Virus record (IMG/VR): IMGVR_UViG_3300032668_000010
Length of the DNA stretch: 20,000 nt
DNA from: an uncultured virus (IMG/VR IMGVR_UViG_3300032668_000010)
Taxonomy: Duplodnaviria > Heunggongvirae > Uroviricota > Caudoviricetes
Direction: 5' to 3' (one strand)
The notes below the pieces were generated by a model, which saw only the letters and a program-made list of their open reading frames with translations, was not told where the DNA came from and did not search any database. A program made the position numbers and the translations under genes. Within the stretch, counting starts at the first letter, position 1; every line of letters begins with the position of its first letter. Below are positions 1 through 8,027 of this stretch, in pieces.

Positions 1-202
1 TCCAGCGCGGAATGATAGTTACCCTAGCATCTGCATCATGCAAGATCGGTAGTTGTTGCCACTGGAACAATAACCGTTGAATAGTCTGTTCCCATTGTGT
101 CTTGGCCCATGGTGTCTTGGCACGGGCTAATGCTTCGCGAGCCGCATCCAACCGTTGACCCAGTACTTCCATTTCATCACCATAAAAACGATAGTCTTTC
201 AT
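1..202 (-). CDS. Hypothetical phage protein, partial (runs off the left edge); MKDYRFYGDEMEVLGQRLDAAREALARAKTPWAKTQWEQTIQRLLFQWQQLPILHDADARVTIIPRW...
   Basis: Not in ORF track; translated by hand. ATG at 202 with AGGAG Shine-Dalgarno at 208-212 (minus strand); frame open to window edge; follows the stop of the upstream gene at 216. Confidence 0.75.
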   Translation of the reverse strand, partial: MKDYRFYGDEMEVLGQRLDAAREALARAKTPWAKTQWEQTIQRLLFQWQQLPILHDADARVTIIPRW

Positions 203-215
203 TTCTTCTCCTTGA

Positions 216-602
216 TTAATAGTTACGACCTAGTACAACTTGTACCCGTTCATATACTTCGTCTTCTTCTGCTGTGTATGTATGGTCTTTGTCCCGAAAC
301 ATAAACTTGCTCATTATTTTGTGGAATTCATCAAATACTTTAAGTCGAGATGGATTTAATGTAACCTTGTCGTTTAGCAACCACGACTTTACTACACGCA
401 ACGTATCCACAGGGGCAAGGTCTTTATCCATCAATATAGTAAAACATTCATCTATTGTAGAGTCAGATTGTCCCCGTAATAAGTCACCGGCTTCTCGTAC
501 CATATCCTCTACTGTACCATGCTTCATAATGAACTGTGCCGAGCGTCCTTGCAAACTTGCCCAGGCAAACTCTTCTTCGTAAGTTAGTGTTCTATCAGTC
601 AT
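216..602 (-). CDS. Hypothetical protein (128 aa, start revised to MTDRTLTYEEE)
   Basis: ORF track 216..713 overlaps the hydrolase by 110 bp; ATG at 602 lies 1 nt after the hydrolase stop (604-606), consistent with translational coupling. Confidence 0.7.
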   Translation of the reverse strand: MTDRTLTYEEEFAWASLQGRSAQFIMKHGTVEDMVREAGDLLRGQSDSTIDECFTILMDKDLAPVDTLRVVKSWLLNDKVTLNPSRLKVFDEFHKIMSKFMFRDKDHTYTAEEDEVYERVQVVLGRNY

Positions 603-603
603 A

Positions 604-1140
604 TTAGATCTCAATGTTACTGTTTTTAGCCTTATTGTAAAAAATATGATCACCAATTTGTCCTGCTTCGTGCCGAGTGTCGACCCATTTTGGATCACGG
701 ATATATATGGCATGATAATACAAACTATGCATCAAGCCACTGACACGATAACCGGTTAAAACTTTTTCTGCTACTTGACGGCTCTCTGCCCAAACTGTAG
801 GATCAGGGTTTGGTAACTTCTTTTGTAATGTCCACGAAAACTGAGACTTGGCATAAACTACCTTACAAACTGTATTGCCCCAGTGACCGGTCTTCAACCG
901 ATTTACTGTCACATGAGCAACCGCATACTTTCCCGGCGTGGCTTCTACTCCTGCTTCATAATACACGTTTTTAGTTAAACAGTCGAGATCGTTCTTGGTG
1001 TAGTTTACCTTTTCTGTAGTTTGAATAATGTCTGTAAGCTGATCTATCTTGTCCTCAACCTTGTCCATACGCAATTCTTGACGCAGGAGTAAGAGTGCAA
1101 GTAGAGTGCAAGCAATAATAATTAAGTTACGGTTTGACAT
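604..1140 (-). CDS. SleB/CwlJ-like cell wall hydrolase (Hydrolase_2 family) with N-terminal membrane anchor or signal
   Basis: Family motifs CLTKNVYYEAGVE (catalytic Glu), VAHVTVNR, VCKVVYAKSQFSW, YYHA, IGDHIFY; hydrophobic N-terminus LIIIACTLLALLLL. Confidence 0.9.
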   Translation of the reverse strand: MSNRNLIIIACTLLALLLLRQELRMDKVEDKIDQLTDIIQTTEKVNYTKNDLDCLTKNVYYEAGVEATPGKYAVAHVTVNRLKTGHWGNTVCKVVYAKSQFSWTLQKKLPNPDPTVWAESRQVAEKVLTGYRVSGLMHSLYYHAIYIRDPKWVDTRHEAGQIGDHIFYNKAKNSNIEI

Positions 1141-1367
1141 TATCTATCCTGATTGTAGTCGTCGGCACCATCATTAAACTTTTCAGAAGCCAACAGATTA
1201 ATTTGATCACCAAATTCCTCTTCGAGCTGTTCTAGCTCGTCGTCTGACAATGGTGTGCCATCTTCATACTCAGCATAGCTAAAAAATGCATCACAAAAGT
1301 CTGGATAGTCGTCAGCCTCAACGCCATCGACTTCTACATTTTTTACTCGACGTCCATTTAATTGCAT
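1140..1367 (-). CDS. Small, very acidic hypothetical phage protein (75 aa)
   Basis: ORF coupled to the hydrolase by TAATG overlap; 23 Asp/Glu versus 5 Lys/Arg; core DYPDFCDAF...DGTPLSDDELE. Confidence 0.8.
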   Translation of the reverse strand: MQLNGRRVKNVEVDGVEADDYPDFCDAFFSYAEYEDGTPLSDDELEQLEEEFGDQINLLASEKFNDGADDYNQDR

Positions 1368-1371
1368 ATTG

Positions 1372-1701
1372 TTAAGCCTTTGGAATGTGATAAGTGATGC
1401 CCTGTGGGCTTGCAGATTTTTTGTAACCCAATGTTTCGTAATCCGCTTCTAACAATTTTAAACTTGTACGGTCTTTAACTTGTGCCCGATCTACTTTAAC
1501 TGCGATAAACTTTTTACGATAGTTGATATGAATACCCTTGGCCCAGTAAACTAACTCTAACGCAAGAGCCATGCGATCTGCGGTAATTTTTTGTTTGTCT
1601 GAATAATGTGAAGATTCAACAATGTTACGCATACGGGCATCACGTGCGGCAGCAAAAGCATAGTAGCCTGCGGATTTTGTTTCTAGCTCTGTTGTTTTCA
1701 T
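1372..1701 (-). CDS. Hypothetical protein (109 aa)
   Basis: ORF with AAGGA Shine-Dalgarno, directly downstream of a sigma70-type promoter. Confidence 0.8.
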   Translation of the reverse strand: MKTTELETKSAGYYAFAAARDARMRNIVESSHYSDKQKITADRMALALELVYWAKGIHINYRKKFIAVKVDRAQVKDRTSLKLLEADYETLGYKKSASPQGITYHIPKA

Positions 1702-1731
1702 TTTTATTTCCTTTTGTTTAACTATACAAGT

Positions 1732-1760
1732 ATTATACTATTTTGGGTATTTTGGGTCAA
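1732..1760 (-). promoter_or_regulatory. Sigma70-type (early) promoter TTGACC-N17-TATAAT
   Basis: Minus strand TTGACC (1760-1755), 17-nt spacer, perfect TATAAT (1737-1732), about 30 nt upstream of the ATG at 1701. Confidence 0.85.
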
Positions 1761-1761
1761 C

Positions 1762-1790
1762 CAAAAACACCGTTGTTTTTAAGCAACGGT
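1762..1790 (-). terminator. Inverted repeat ACCGTTG-N8-CAACGGT followed by GTTTTT; possible terminator or operator
   Basis: 7-bp perfect inverted repeat at 1769-1790 spanning the stop of 1779..2066 and directly upstream of the next -35 box. Confidence 0.45.
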
Positions 1791-2066
1791 TTTATTACGC
1801 TTTACTAGCATTTCTGATAAAGAAGGGTTCATAACTAGTGAAACTTTAAGGGCATTGATTTTAGTTTTTAAGTTAGCAAGTACTAACTCTACTTCTTGCA
1901 TAGACGAGTCCACTTGCAAATCTACAAAATATTGTGCTTTGTTTGCGGTGAATGCGGGATAAGTGTCTGCAACAATGCGAACAGAAACGGGAGTGTTAGA
2001 ATACGGGCTACGCTTAAAAGTTACTTTTGCGTATAATGTACTTACAGGTGTATTTTTATAAAACAT
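1779..2066 (-). CDS. Hypothetical protein (95 aa)
   Basis: ORF with AAGGAG Shine-Dalgarno and its own upstream promoter. Confidence 0.8.
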   Translation of the reverse strand: MFYKNTPVSTLYAKVTFKRSPYSNTPVSVRIVADTYPAFTANKAQYFVDLQVDSSMQEVELVLANLKTKINALKVSLVMNPSLSEMLVKRNKTVA

Positions 2067-2094
2067 ACTTACTCCTTTTAGTTACTATAGAGCT

Positions 2095-2123
2095 AGTATA
2101 GCATTTTGGTAATTTATGGTAAA
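2095..2123 (-). promoter_or_regulatory. Sigma70-type promoter TTTACC-N17-TATACT with TGn extended -10
   Basis: Minus strand TTTACC (2123-2118), 17-nt spacer ending TGC, TATACT (2100-2095); flanks resemble the promoter at 1732-1760. Confidence 0.7.
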
Positions 2124-2139
2124 CCAAAATTTGAGCCGT

Positions 2140-2164
2140 AAAAAAGCCCCAATTAAGGGGCTTT
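2140..2164 (-). terminator. Rho-independent terminator (possibly bidirectional)
   Basis: AAAGCCCC-ttaatt-GGGGCTTTTTT on the minus strand, about 20 nt after the stop at 2186. Confidence 0.85.
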
Positions 2165-2185
2165 ATGTTAGTGTGTACTAACCTA

Positions 2186-2404
2186 TTACTTTGTTGCAAA
2201 CATCTTGGTGAAGTCCACTGATTTTGTAGACTCGGCTACTTGCTTGGCCAACTCTAAATTTGTTTCGTATACAGTCTTGGTAAAGTCTGCATAAGAGTCA
2301 ACTAAAGTTTCTAAATTTGAGCGGATTGCTTTATCTTCAACGAATGTCAAAGGTTGCTTACTTGCTTGTGCTACTTGGTCGATTACGGATTTAAAATTAA
2401 ACAT
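2186..2404 (-). CDS. Small amphipathic helical protein, phasin-like (72 aa, start revised to MFNFKSVID)
   Basis: ATG at 2404 with AAGGA Shine-Dalgarno; helical Ala/Lys/Thr/Phe pattern (LETLVDSYADFTKTVYETNLELAKQVAE) resembling PHA-granule phasins. The family assignment is an inference. Confidence 0.55.
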   Translation of the reverse strand: MFNFKSVIDQVAQASKQPLTFVEDKAIRSNLETLVDSYADFTKTVYETNLELAKQVAESTKSVDFTKMFATK

Positions 2405-2545
2405 TTTGGTTTTTCCTTTATTAAGCGAAATGTTATGTGAAGCCCAAACTATTTGGCACCTCACTGTTTCATACTATGTTTATAGTATATACTTATTTAT
2501 GTGCGGTTGCAACATTTTTATATTTTAATTTGCCCAAAAAAGGAA

Positions 2546-2622
2546 TAAATATTGATGTAGTTCGCGATACTGGAAATATCCAACTACTCTAACATAAAAG
2601 GACTATGTCAGCAATGTATTTA
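2546..2622 (+). promoter_or_regulatory. Structured leader of the endonuclease gene: TAAATA element, two hairpins and a closing stem over the start codon
   Basis: GTAGTT(2557-62)/AACTAC(2582-87) with inner GATA/TATC; CTAACATA/TATGTCAG around the AAAGGAC loop holding the SD; TAAATA(2546-51) complementary to TATTTA(2617-22). Confidence 0.65.
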
Positions 2623-3132
2623 CACTATTACGTCTATGCCTATTTAAGAACCAATGGCACACCATATTATATCGGAAAAGGTAAGGGAACACGGGCATGG
2701 AAGCATTACAATGATGCTATACAGCCTCCCGCAGACTTGTCACGAATTATAATACTTGAACGGAATTTAACAGAATTGGGTGCGTTAGCCATTGAACGCA
2801 GAATGATACGTTGGTATGGGAGAATAGATACGTCAACGGGGATTCTGCACAATAAAACAGATGGCGGCGATGGCGGGAGTGGAGTTAAAAAATCCAAAGA
2901 AACTAAACTTAAAATTAGCATAGCTCTTAGAAACAGATCAGCTGAAGCTCGTGCAGAAACTCGGGTAAAACAAAGTATAGCAGGGAAACAAAGAAAACAC
3001 TCTGCGGAAACTCGAACTAAAATATCAGAAGCAAATAAAGGCAAGTCAAAAATAGGTGGAATGACTGGCAAATTGCATTCCGAAGAAACTCGAGCTAAAA
3101 TGAGTTTGGCGGCAAAAAATAGACGCCGATAA
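2605..3132 (+). CDS. Free-standing GIY-YIG homing endonuclease-like protein with NUMOD3 repeats (start may be ATG 2614)
   Basis: YVYAY...YYIGKG, conserved Arg (TRAW), Glu (LAIERRMI) and Asn (LHNKTDGG); C-terminal repeats [30 protein letters not shown]. Confidence 0.88.
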   Translation: MSAMYLHYYVYAYLRTNGTPYYIGKGKGTRAWKHYNDAIQPPADLSRIIILERNLTELGALAIERRMIRWYGRIDTSTGILHNKTDGGDGGSGVKKSKETKLKISIALRNRSAEARAETRVKQSIAGKQRKHSAETRTKISEANKGKSKIGGMTGKLHSEETRAKMSLAAKNRRR

Positions 3133-3174
3133 AACACCCACTAAATAATATTATCCAATCAATTAGGAGATATT

Positions 3175-3426
3175 ATGATTAAGCATATCAAACGTCTATT
3201 AGGCATTTCCGCCGAGACTCCAGTAGTAGAAGCACCGGTAGTTGAAGTTGCACCACAATCTTTTCCATTGCCTACAGAAGTTAAGGCCACTGTTAAGAAG
3301 CCAACTGTAAAGAAGGCAACTACACGTGCAGCTAAACCAGCTACAGCTAAAAAGACAACTGCAAAGAAACCTGTTGCTAAAAAAGCTACTGCAAAGAAAG
3401 CAACTAAAAAATCTACTTCTAAGTAA
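3175..3426 (+). CDS. Lys/Ala/Thr-rich basic protein with histone H1-like tail
   Basis: AGGAG SD at 3165-3169, TAAATA at 3142-3147; repeated AKK motifs (TAKKTTAKKPVAKKATAKKATKK). Confidence 0.75.
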   Translation: MIKHIKRLLGISAETPVVEAPVVEVAPQSFPLPTEVKATVKKPTVKKATTRAAKPATAKKTTAKKPVAKKATAKKATKKSTSK

Positions 3427-3436
3427 TTAGACGTAA

Positions 3437-4546
3437 ATGGACGTTAGTATCTACATTCCCGATGAAAGTGTTAACGTCTTTCGTTTTCATATCAATCAGT
3501 TAGCCGGAAGAACTTTCGATGACTGGTCTTATTACCACGATGCAGAAATATTTAAAACATCTGCACGTGGTCGTAAGATAGCATGTTTCCAAATTCCATA
3601 TCCTTGGGATTCCCGAATTGAAGATCAGATTAACGATATCTACGATACTGTTGATTATATCTTGATCATAGGCAGTGAACTACATGCAAAGACTGTTGAA
3701 TTTATTCAACGATTTGATTTAAAGAAAATTAAATACTTTATCTGCGGTTACCTACATCATCGCATGGTCAATGCCGAAGTTCTCAAGTTCCTAGATTGGT
3801 TCACTACCAGCGTACATTTTTATAAGAATGTTCGTCCTAGTATACTGTACGAACTTAAACCATTTGATGCAAAACCTTTACAGTTTGATGCCTTGCTTGG
3901 ACGCAAAAAGCCACATAGAGATTTAGCCTATAATTTTCTAACACAGAACAACATGTTAGATCAAGGTGTAGTCACTTATATCAACGACTACAAGGTAAAC
4001 TTTGATTCTAGAGACTCTGAAAAATGGGTTTGGCAAAGTGAAGGCATTGAGGACTTTGAAGTACGTAGTCAAACTATAGACTTTACAGTAGACAGAGTAG
4101 ATTACTATGGCTACAACATGAGTCTGAGTCAGATTATCCCCATAGACATTTATAACAAGACAGCGTACAGCTTAGTATGCGAAACTAACTTCGACAACAA
4201 CTTTGTGTTTATGACAGAAAAAACTGTCAAACCAATTCTTGCTCGTAGATTGTTTATTACCTTAGGTAATCAGTACCACTTGGCGGCCTTACATAGATTG
4301 GGATTTAAAACATTCAACGGCATCATTGACGAAAGTTATGATAATATCCCCGATCCAACTGAGCGTCATACAGCAGCTATGCACCAACTAAAATTATTAT
4401 GCGAACAAGATCAAGCAGATGTAATAGAACGTTGCCGTGACATAGTTGACTACAACTTTAATTTAATGTACAGCAATGATTGGTATAACTTGTTTAGAAC
4501 AGACTTTGGTGACTTCTTCTTTAGTCGTCACAATCGCGTTATTTAA
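3437..4546 (+). CDS. Uncharacterised phage protein, putative glycosyltransferase-like (paralog of 9225..10445)
   Basis: 369-aa ORF; C-terminal block SLVCET...FMTEKTVKPILARRLF...GFKTF..IIDESYD shared with 9225..10445. Confidence 0.6.
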   Translation: MDVSIYIPDESVNVFRFHINQLAGRTFDDWSYYHDAEIFKTSARGRKIACFQIPYPWDSRIEDQINDIYDTVDYILIIGSELHAKTVEFIQRFDLKKIKYFICGYLHHRMVNAEVLKFLDWFTTSVHFYKNVRPSILYELKPFDAKPLQFDALLGRKKPHRDLAYNFLTQNNMLDQGVVTYINDYKVNFDSRDSEKWVWQSEGIEDFEVRSQTIDFTVDRVDYYGYNMSLSQIIPIDIYNKTAYSLVCETNFDNNFVFMTEKTVKPILARRLFITLGNQYHLAALHRLGFKTFNGIIDESYDNIPDPTERHTAAMHQLKLLCEQDQADVIERCRDIVDYNFNLMYSNDWYNLFRTDFGDFFFSRHNRVI

Positions 4547-5811
4547 TCAATAATACCAAAGTTCGCCCAGCGAGCATCACCTAAACTTACCCACCCCAAA
4601 GGACCACCTAAACTAGGATTACTATTGAATACAATAGTTCCCTTGGGCTGATCATTTGCCGGAGGAGTGTCGGCACTACTAATTGATACAGCGCCAATTA
4701 TCAATTGATTAACTGCGGTAGCGCCGTCTGGGGTCAATGTAATATTGTTCTTGCCATTGGTACTTAGTACAAGAGTCTGACTACGTGGTGTGCCAATAAT
4801 AGCAGTATTGTTGGATTGTTTACCAAATCCAATTTCAACTTCCTGATCCCAAATACTCAATGCCTGGCTTGGTTCAATGGTGTTGACGCCAACACGCTGA
4901 GTAGTAGTGTATAGTGCGCCACCGCTTAACAGAGTTTCGCCCTTGACTTGCAATTCGTTTAGTTGCCCAACTGTTTGTAGATTACTATTCAGAATACTAT
5001 TACTCAAAGCATTACCAGTAATGATGTCCTGACCGTTTAAGGTAATCTTATTAAGATCAACACCCTGTTCTTTGATTTGGTCAAATACCATGTCGGCATA
5101 GGCTGTATAGATTACTTGTTTTAAACTTGTTTGTACATTGTTTGTTGCGGCATTGACGATGCTGACATACATCGGGCTTGTTTCTGGAATTGTACCAGTA
5201 ACATTTAAATCGCCTTCAATTGTAGTTGTGCCTTTAACAGTTAAGTCACGAGTTAATAGATTATTTTCTACTACAGTAACATCATCCATGATAGTTAATT
5301 GGCAAGTAGTAGACTTATCGTCGATGCCTGTACTACCAAAGTTTGCAATGATGCCACCCTTGATGTTATCGCCGGAGACTATCCAGTCAGCAGGATCAAT
5401 TGCCACGCCGGGTATACTGTTTGGGGGGAATTTTAATGTCTGACTTTGTATTGCAGCAGTTACAGCCGATTGGCAAATTTGCTGGAAGTCAATTCTATTA
5501 ACTTGAGCATTGATGGACTCAGTTGTTACACGAACAGACTCTGCCTGCACCGATGATGATATGTTTGTGCTTAGAGATTCTAGTTTTAAATTTAATTGTG
5601 CTTCAATACTTTTTGCATCTATAGGTAATTGACTAATTCTAGCGTCAAGTTTTTTACCAATCTGATCTGCTAGTATTGATGTGGTGTCTAGGTTAGCAAT
5701 GATATCATTGATCTTTTGATCAATTTGGGCCGCCACTTGTTGTTGAACTTGTGAGGTTATTTGCGAAATTATTGTTTGTACTATACCACTTACGTGATTA
5801 TCGATATCCAT
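4543..5811 (-). CDS. Probable virion structural or tail fibre-like protein (422 aa)
   Basis: N-terminal Gln/Ile coiled-coil; beta-repeat segments LTVKGTTTIEGDLNVTG and RVGVNTIEP; C-terminal GTIVFNSNPSLGGPLGWV...WANFG motif of the kind seen in phage fibres. Confidence 0.6.
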   Translation of the reverse strand: MDIDNHVSGIVQTIISQITSQVQQQVAAQIDQKINDIIANLDTTSILADQIGKKLDARISQLPIDAKSIEAQLNLKLESLSTNISSSVQAESVRVTTESINAQVNRIDFQQICQSAVTAAIQSQTLKFPPNSIPGVAIDPADWIVSGDNIKGGIIANFGSTGIDDKSTTCQLTIMDDVTVVENNLLTRDLTVKGTTTIEGDLNVTGTIPETSPMYVSIVNAATNNVQTSLKQVIYTAYADMVFDQIKEQGVDLNKITLNGQDIITGNALSNSILNSNLQTVGQLNELQVKGETLLSGGALYTTTQRVGVNTIEPSQALSIWDQEVEIGFGKQSNNTAIIGTPRSQTLVLSTNGKNNITLTPDGATAVNQLIIGAVSISSADTPPANDQPKGTIVFNSNPSLGGPLGWVSLGDARWANFGIID

Positions 5812-5857
5812 CTTTACTCTTTAATTGATTACTGCTTCGGTGCTTCAATGCACCAAT

Positions 5858-6589
5858 TTATTCAAATTGAATAGATACAACGTGTTCGTAATTTTTCTTA
5901 ATTAAACTCTTATACATCAAGTTCTTGTGTACAAGGAAATTTACGGCACCAGCGTCCATACTAAACTTAGCTAACTGCTTAAAGAACATTGTGCGTCTTT
6001 GGAATACACCGTATGTTGTTAATGCGTTTGCAGCATTAATTTCATATACCATACTATTCCACAACGTACGATCCTTTACGTCCCAATCGTGATTTTCAAC
6101 ATATAGCTTATAATCGCTACCATTTCTAACCATAATTGGCTGACTGAAATCACGATCTTTAAAATCTTGATTCTTGTAGTCGCGTACTGTACTTATCACA
6201 AAACTTGTGGCCAGGCTACAAATTTTAGCAATCAATTCCTGTTGCATTTGATCACTGTCAGCAAAAGTAAAATACTCATCCATTGCTATAACACACTGGA
6301 ATTCTTTTTGGTGTTTAGATAAATCAGCTGAATCAATGTATGTTACTGCAATTCCCTTGCTCTTAATATAAGCCAATGCGGTATCACTTATTTCAGTAAC
6401 TGAGATATGTTTGGCTTTGCAACTTAAAATGGCTGCATTAAACCCAACAAATAAAATGCTTTGAGGTTCAAGATTTTCTGTACGATATACCCCATCCAGA
6501 ATTTCTTGTTTACGAGCAACAACGACGTTAAACTTTGGATTAAAAATTAGTGCGGACAGAATCGCGTCGGTGTAGGTGGCAAAAGTCAT
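5858..6589 (-). CDS. Hypothetical protein with degenerate class I SAM-methyltransferase-like fold
   Basis: Order of elements ILFVGF ... ISVTEIS ... FQCVIAMDEYFTF matches motifs I, II and IV, but the GxGxG loop is not canonical. Confidence 0.5.
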   Translation of the reverse strand: MTFATYTDAILSALIFNPKFNVVVARKQEILDGVYRTENLEPQSILFVGFNAAILSCKAKHISVTEISDTALAYIKSKGIAVTYIDSADLSKHQKEFQCVIAMDEYFTFADSDQMQQELIAKICSLATSFVISTVRDYKNQDFKDRDFSQPIMVRNGSDYKLYVENHDWDVKDRTLWNSMVYEINAANALTTYGVFQRRTMFFKQLAKFSMDAGAVNFLVHKNLMYKSLIKKNYEHVVSIQFE

Positions 6590-6600
6590 ACAACTATTTA

Positions 6601-7512
6601 TTACTTACGCAATAAATCGAGTGTAACGCAATGAAATCCTCCCCCTAATGTACGACTATGGCGCAATTCCAATGGTATAACTGTGAATTTGTGTCGCTCC
6701 AGGGTATTAATCAAGCCAATTTGATGCCGATCAACCACAACTGTGCTAGGATCCACAACTAGCATATTCATTGCAATCCACTTGCTTGCATAGGGATATT
6801 CGTAAAAACCTTGTGCTACAACTTCATTTACCCAAATCTTTTCCCACCCTTTAAACACTTGAGGGCATGTTGCTTCTGTTACACGACTAGCGTTTAACAT
6901 AACAAGTCCTTCGCGCAAGGGGACGATGGTTGAGTCGACATGTACTCCTGCATAGAAGTTACATAACTCAATATTTACTTGAGGGAATTGTTCACATAAC
7001 CATTCGTATGCTCTGCGGTTACCTGACGCACTTTCTAAGAACAACATGCTATCACCTAGACGACATACATTTGCCGCATCCAATATCATGCCTTGATTTC
7101 GTGGCATTACTCGACGGTCGTGAGTCTTGCTAGTTACTTCATCTAATACTAGTATCTCCTGATCTCTGCAGGGATACATCATTGCGGGATCAACTATGGT
7201 ATTACCGTATACCAACAATCTATCCCTGGGGCAATAATTATACATTCCCCCAGTTACTGGATAATTGCGAGGACCAGGTCTGATAACCTGTATTCCTAAT
7301 CTGTGCAAGGTAGTTGCAAGTATATTTAGATCTTCGTCAGCTTCATCTACGATGTGCTGTGGCACTGGCCCTGCGGGTACTGGTGTATCTTTCCATAAAG
7401 TCTTTTCGGACTCTTGTGCAAATACTGGATCGTCGCTGGGCCAGTTTGCATATTTGGCACTACCTACTACAACGGACTTTAATGGGTCCCATTCATTATA
7501 ACTGCTAATCAT
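6601..7512 (-). CDS. Amidinotransferase (glycine or inosamine-phosphate amidinotransferase family)
   Basis: SYNEWDPLKSVVVG, CPRD, DAANV, HVDST and LGGGFHCVTLD motifs; catalytic Asp, His and Cys all present. Confidence 0.92.
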   Translation of the reverse strand: MISSYNEWDPLKSVVVGSAKYANWPSDDPVFAQESEKTLWKDTPVPAGPVPQHIVDEADEDLNILATTLHRLGIQVIRPGPRNYPVTGGMYNYCPRDRLLVYGNTIVDPAMMYPCRDQEILVLDEVTSKTHDRRVMPRNQGMILDAANVCRLGDSMLFLESASGNRRAYEWLCEQFPQVNIELCNFYAGVHVDSTIVPLREGLVMLNASRVTEATCPQVFKGWEKIWVNEVVAQGFYEYPYASKWIAMNMLVVDPSTVVVDRHQIGLINTLERHKFTVIPLELRHSRTLGGGFHCVTLDLLRK

Positions 7513-8027
7513 TTATGCCCTGTTATTTGTAAGGTATATCTATCTTCTAAACCAATATTTGCTGCCATGTGCGGTGCATCATGCGTCCATTCAACTACAT
7601 CACCGGCACGCCAATCTACTACAGGTGCTCCCAAGGCTTCTAGGTAGTGCCCGGGCTTCCAATCTTCTAGTAGCACTAACGCACGACAAATCGTCTGCTC
7701 TTGCCCATGCAGATTAAACACTTCAATATAACGTTTATATAGGTCTTGATGGACTGGCATTACTGTTCCTGTACGCATGCGATAGTAAGCAACTCCGATA
7801 TCTTTCCATCCCATGCTCTCGTACAAATCAATGAACTTTTGATTCCACGTCGGTAATCGATGGCGCATGTCGCATAGCTCGCCGCAGATCTTGCCGGAGT
7901 AGCCCTGTGTTGTCCATTGTTCAATACTTACTGGATCGTTAAACGGTTCTGTGATGTAGTCTAAGGTCTTAAACTCGTCGTCCCAGAACTTGTCTAACTT
8001 ATACTTGGTTATTACGTGTGTTGCCAT
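7509..8027 (-). CDS. Fe(II)/2-oxoglutarate dioxygenase-like (cupin/DSBH) protein, start revised to MATHVIT
   Basis: MPVHQD (HxD) ... PHMAANIG..DRYTLQITG (distal His, Arg); ATG at 8027 shortens the overlap with the dehydrogenase. Confidence 0.7.
   Translation of the reverse strand: MATHVITKYKLDKFWDDEFKTLDYITEPFNDPVSIEQWTTQGYSGKICGELCDMRHRLPTWNQKFIDLYESMGWKDIGVAYYRMRTGTVMPVHQDLYKRYIEVFNLHGQEQTICRALVLLEDWKPGHYLEALGAPVVDWRAGDVVEWTHDAPHMAANIGLEDRYTLQITGHK

Noticed and set aside
92..121. 15-bp near-perfect tandem repeat (GCCAAGACACMATGG x2 on the minus strand), first suspected as a frameshift site
   Set aside because: Re-reading shows it is in frame (AKTPW-AKTQW); only two copies, not an array.
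2605..3132. Group I intron around the GIY-YIG gene
   Set aside because: Flanking genes are intact and unrelated, and there is no room for intron core elements; treated as free-standing.
274..7508. Antisense ORFs 274..582, 2706..3137, 5138..5443, 6930..7133, 7265..7501, 7314..7508
   Set aside because: Shadows of well-supported genes on the opposite strand; no SD or recognisable motifs.
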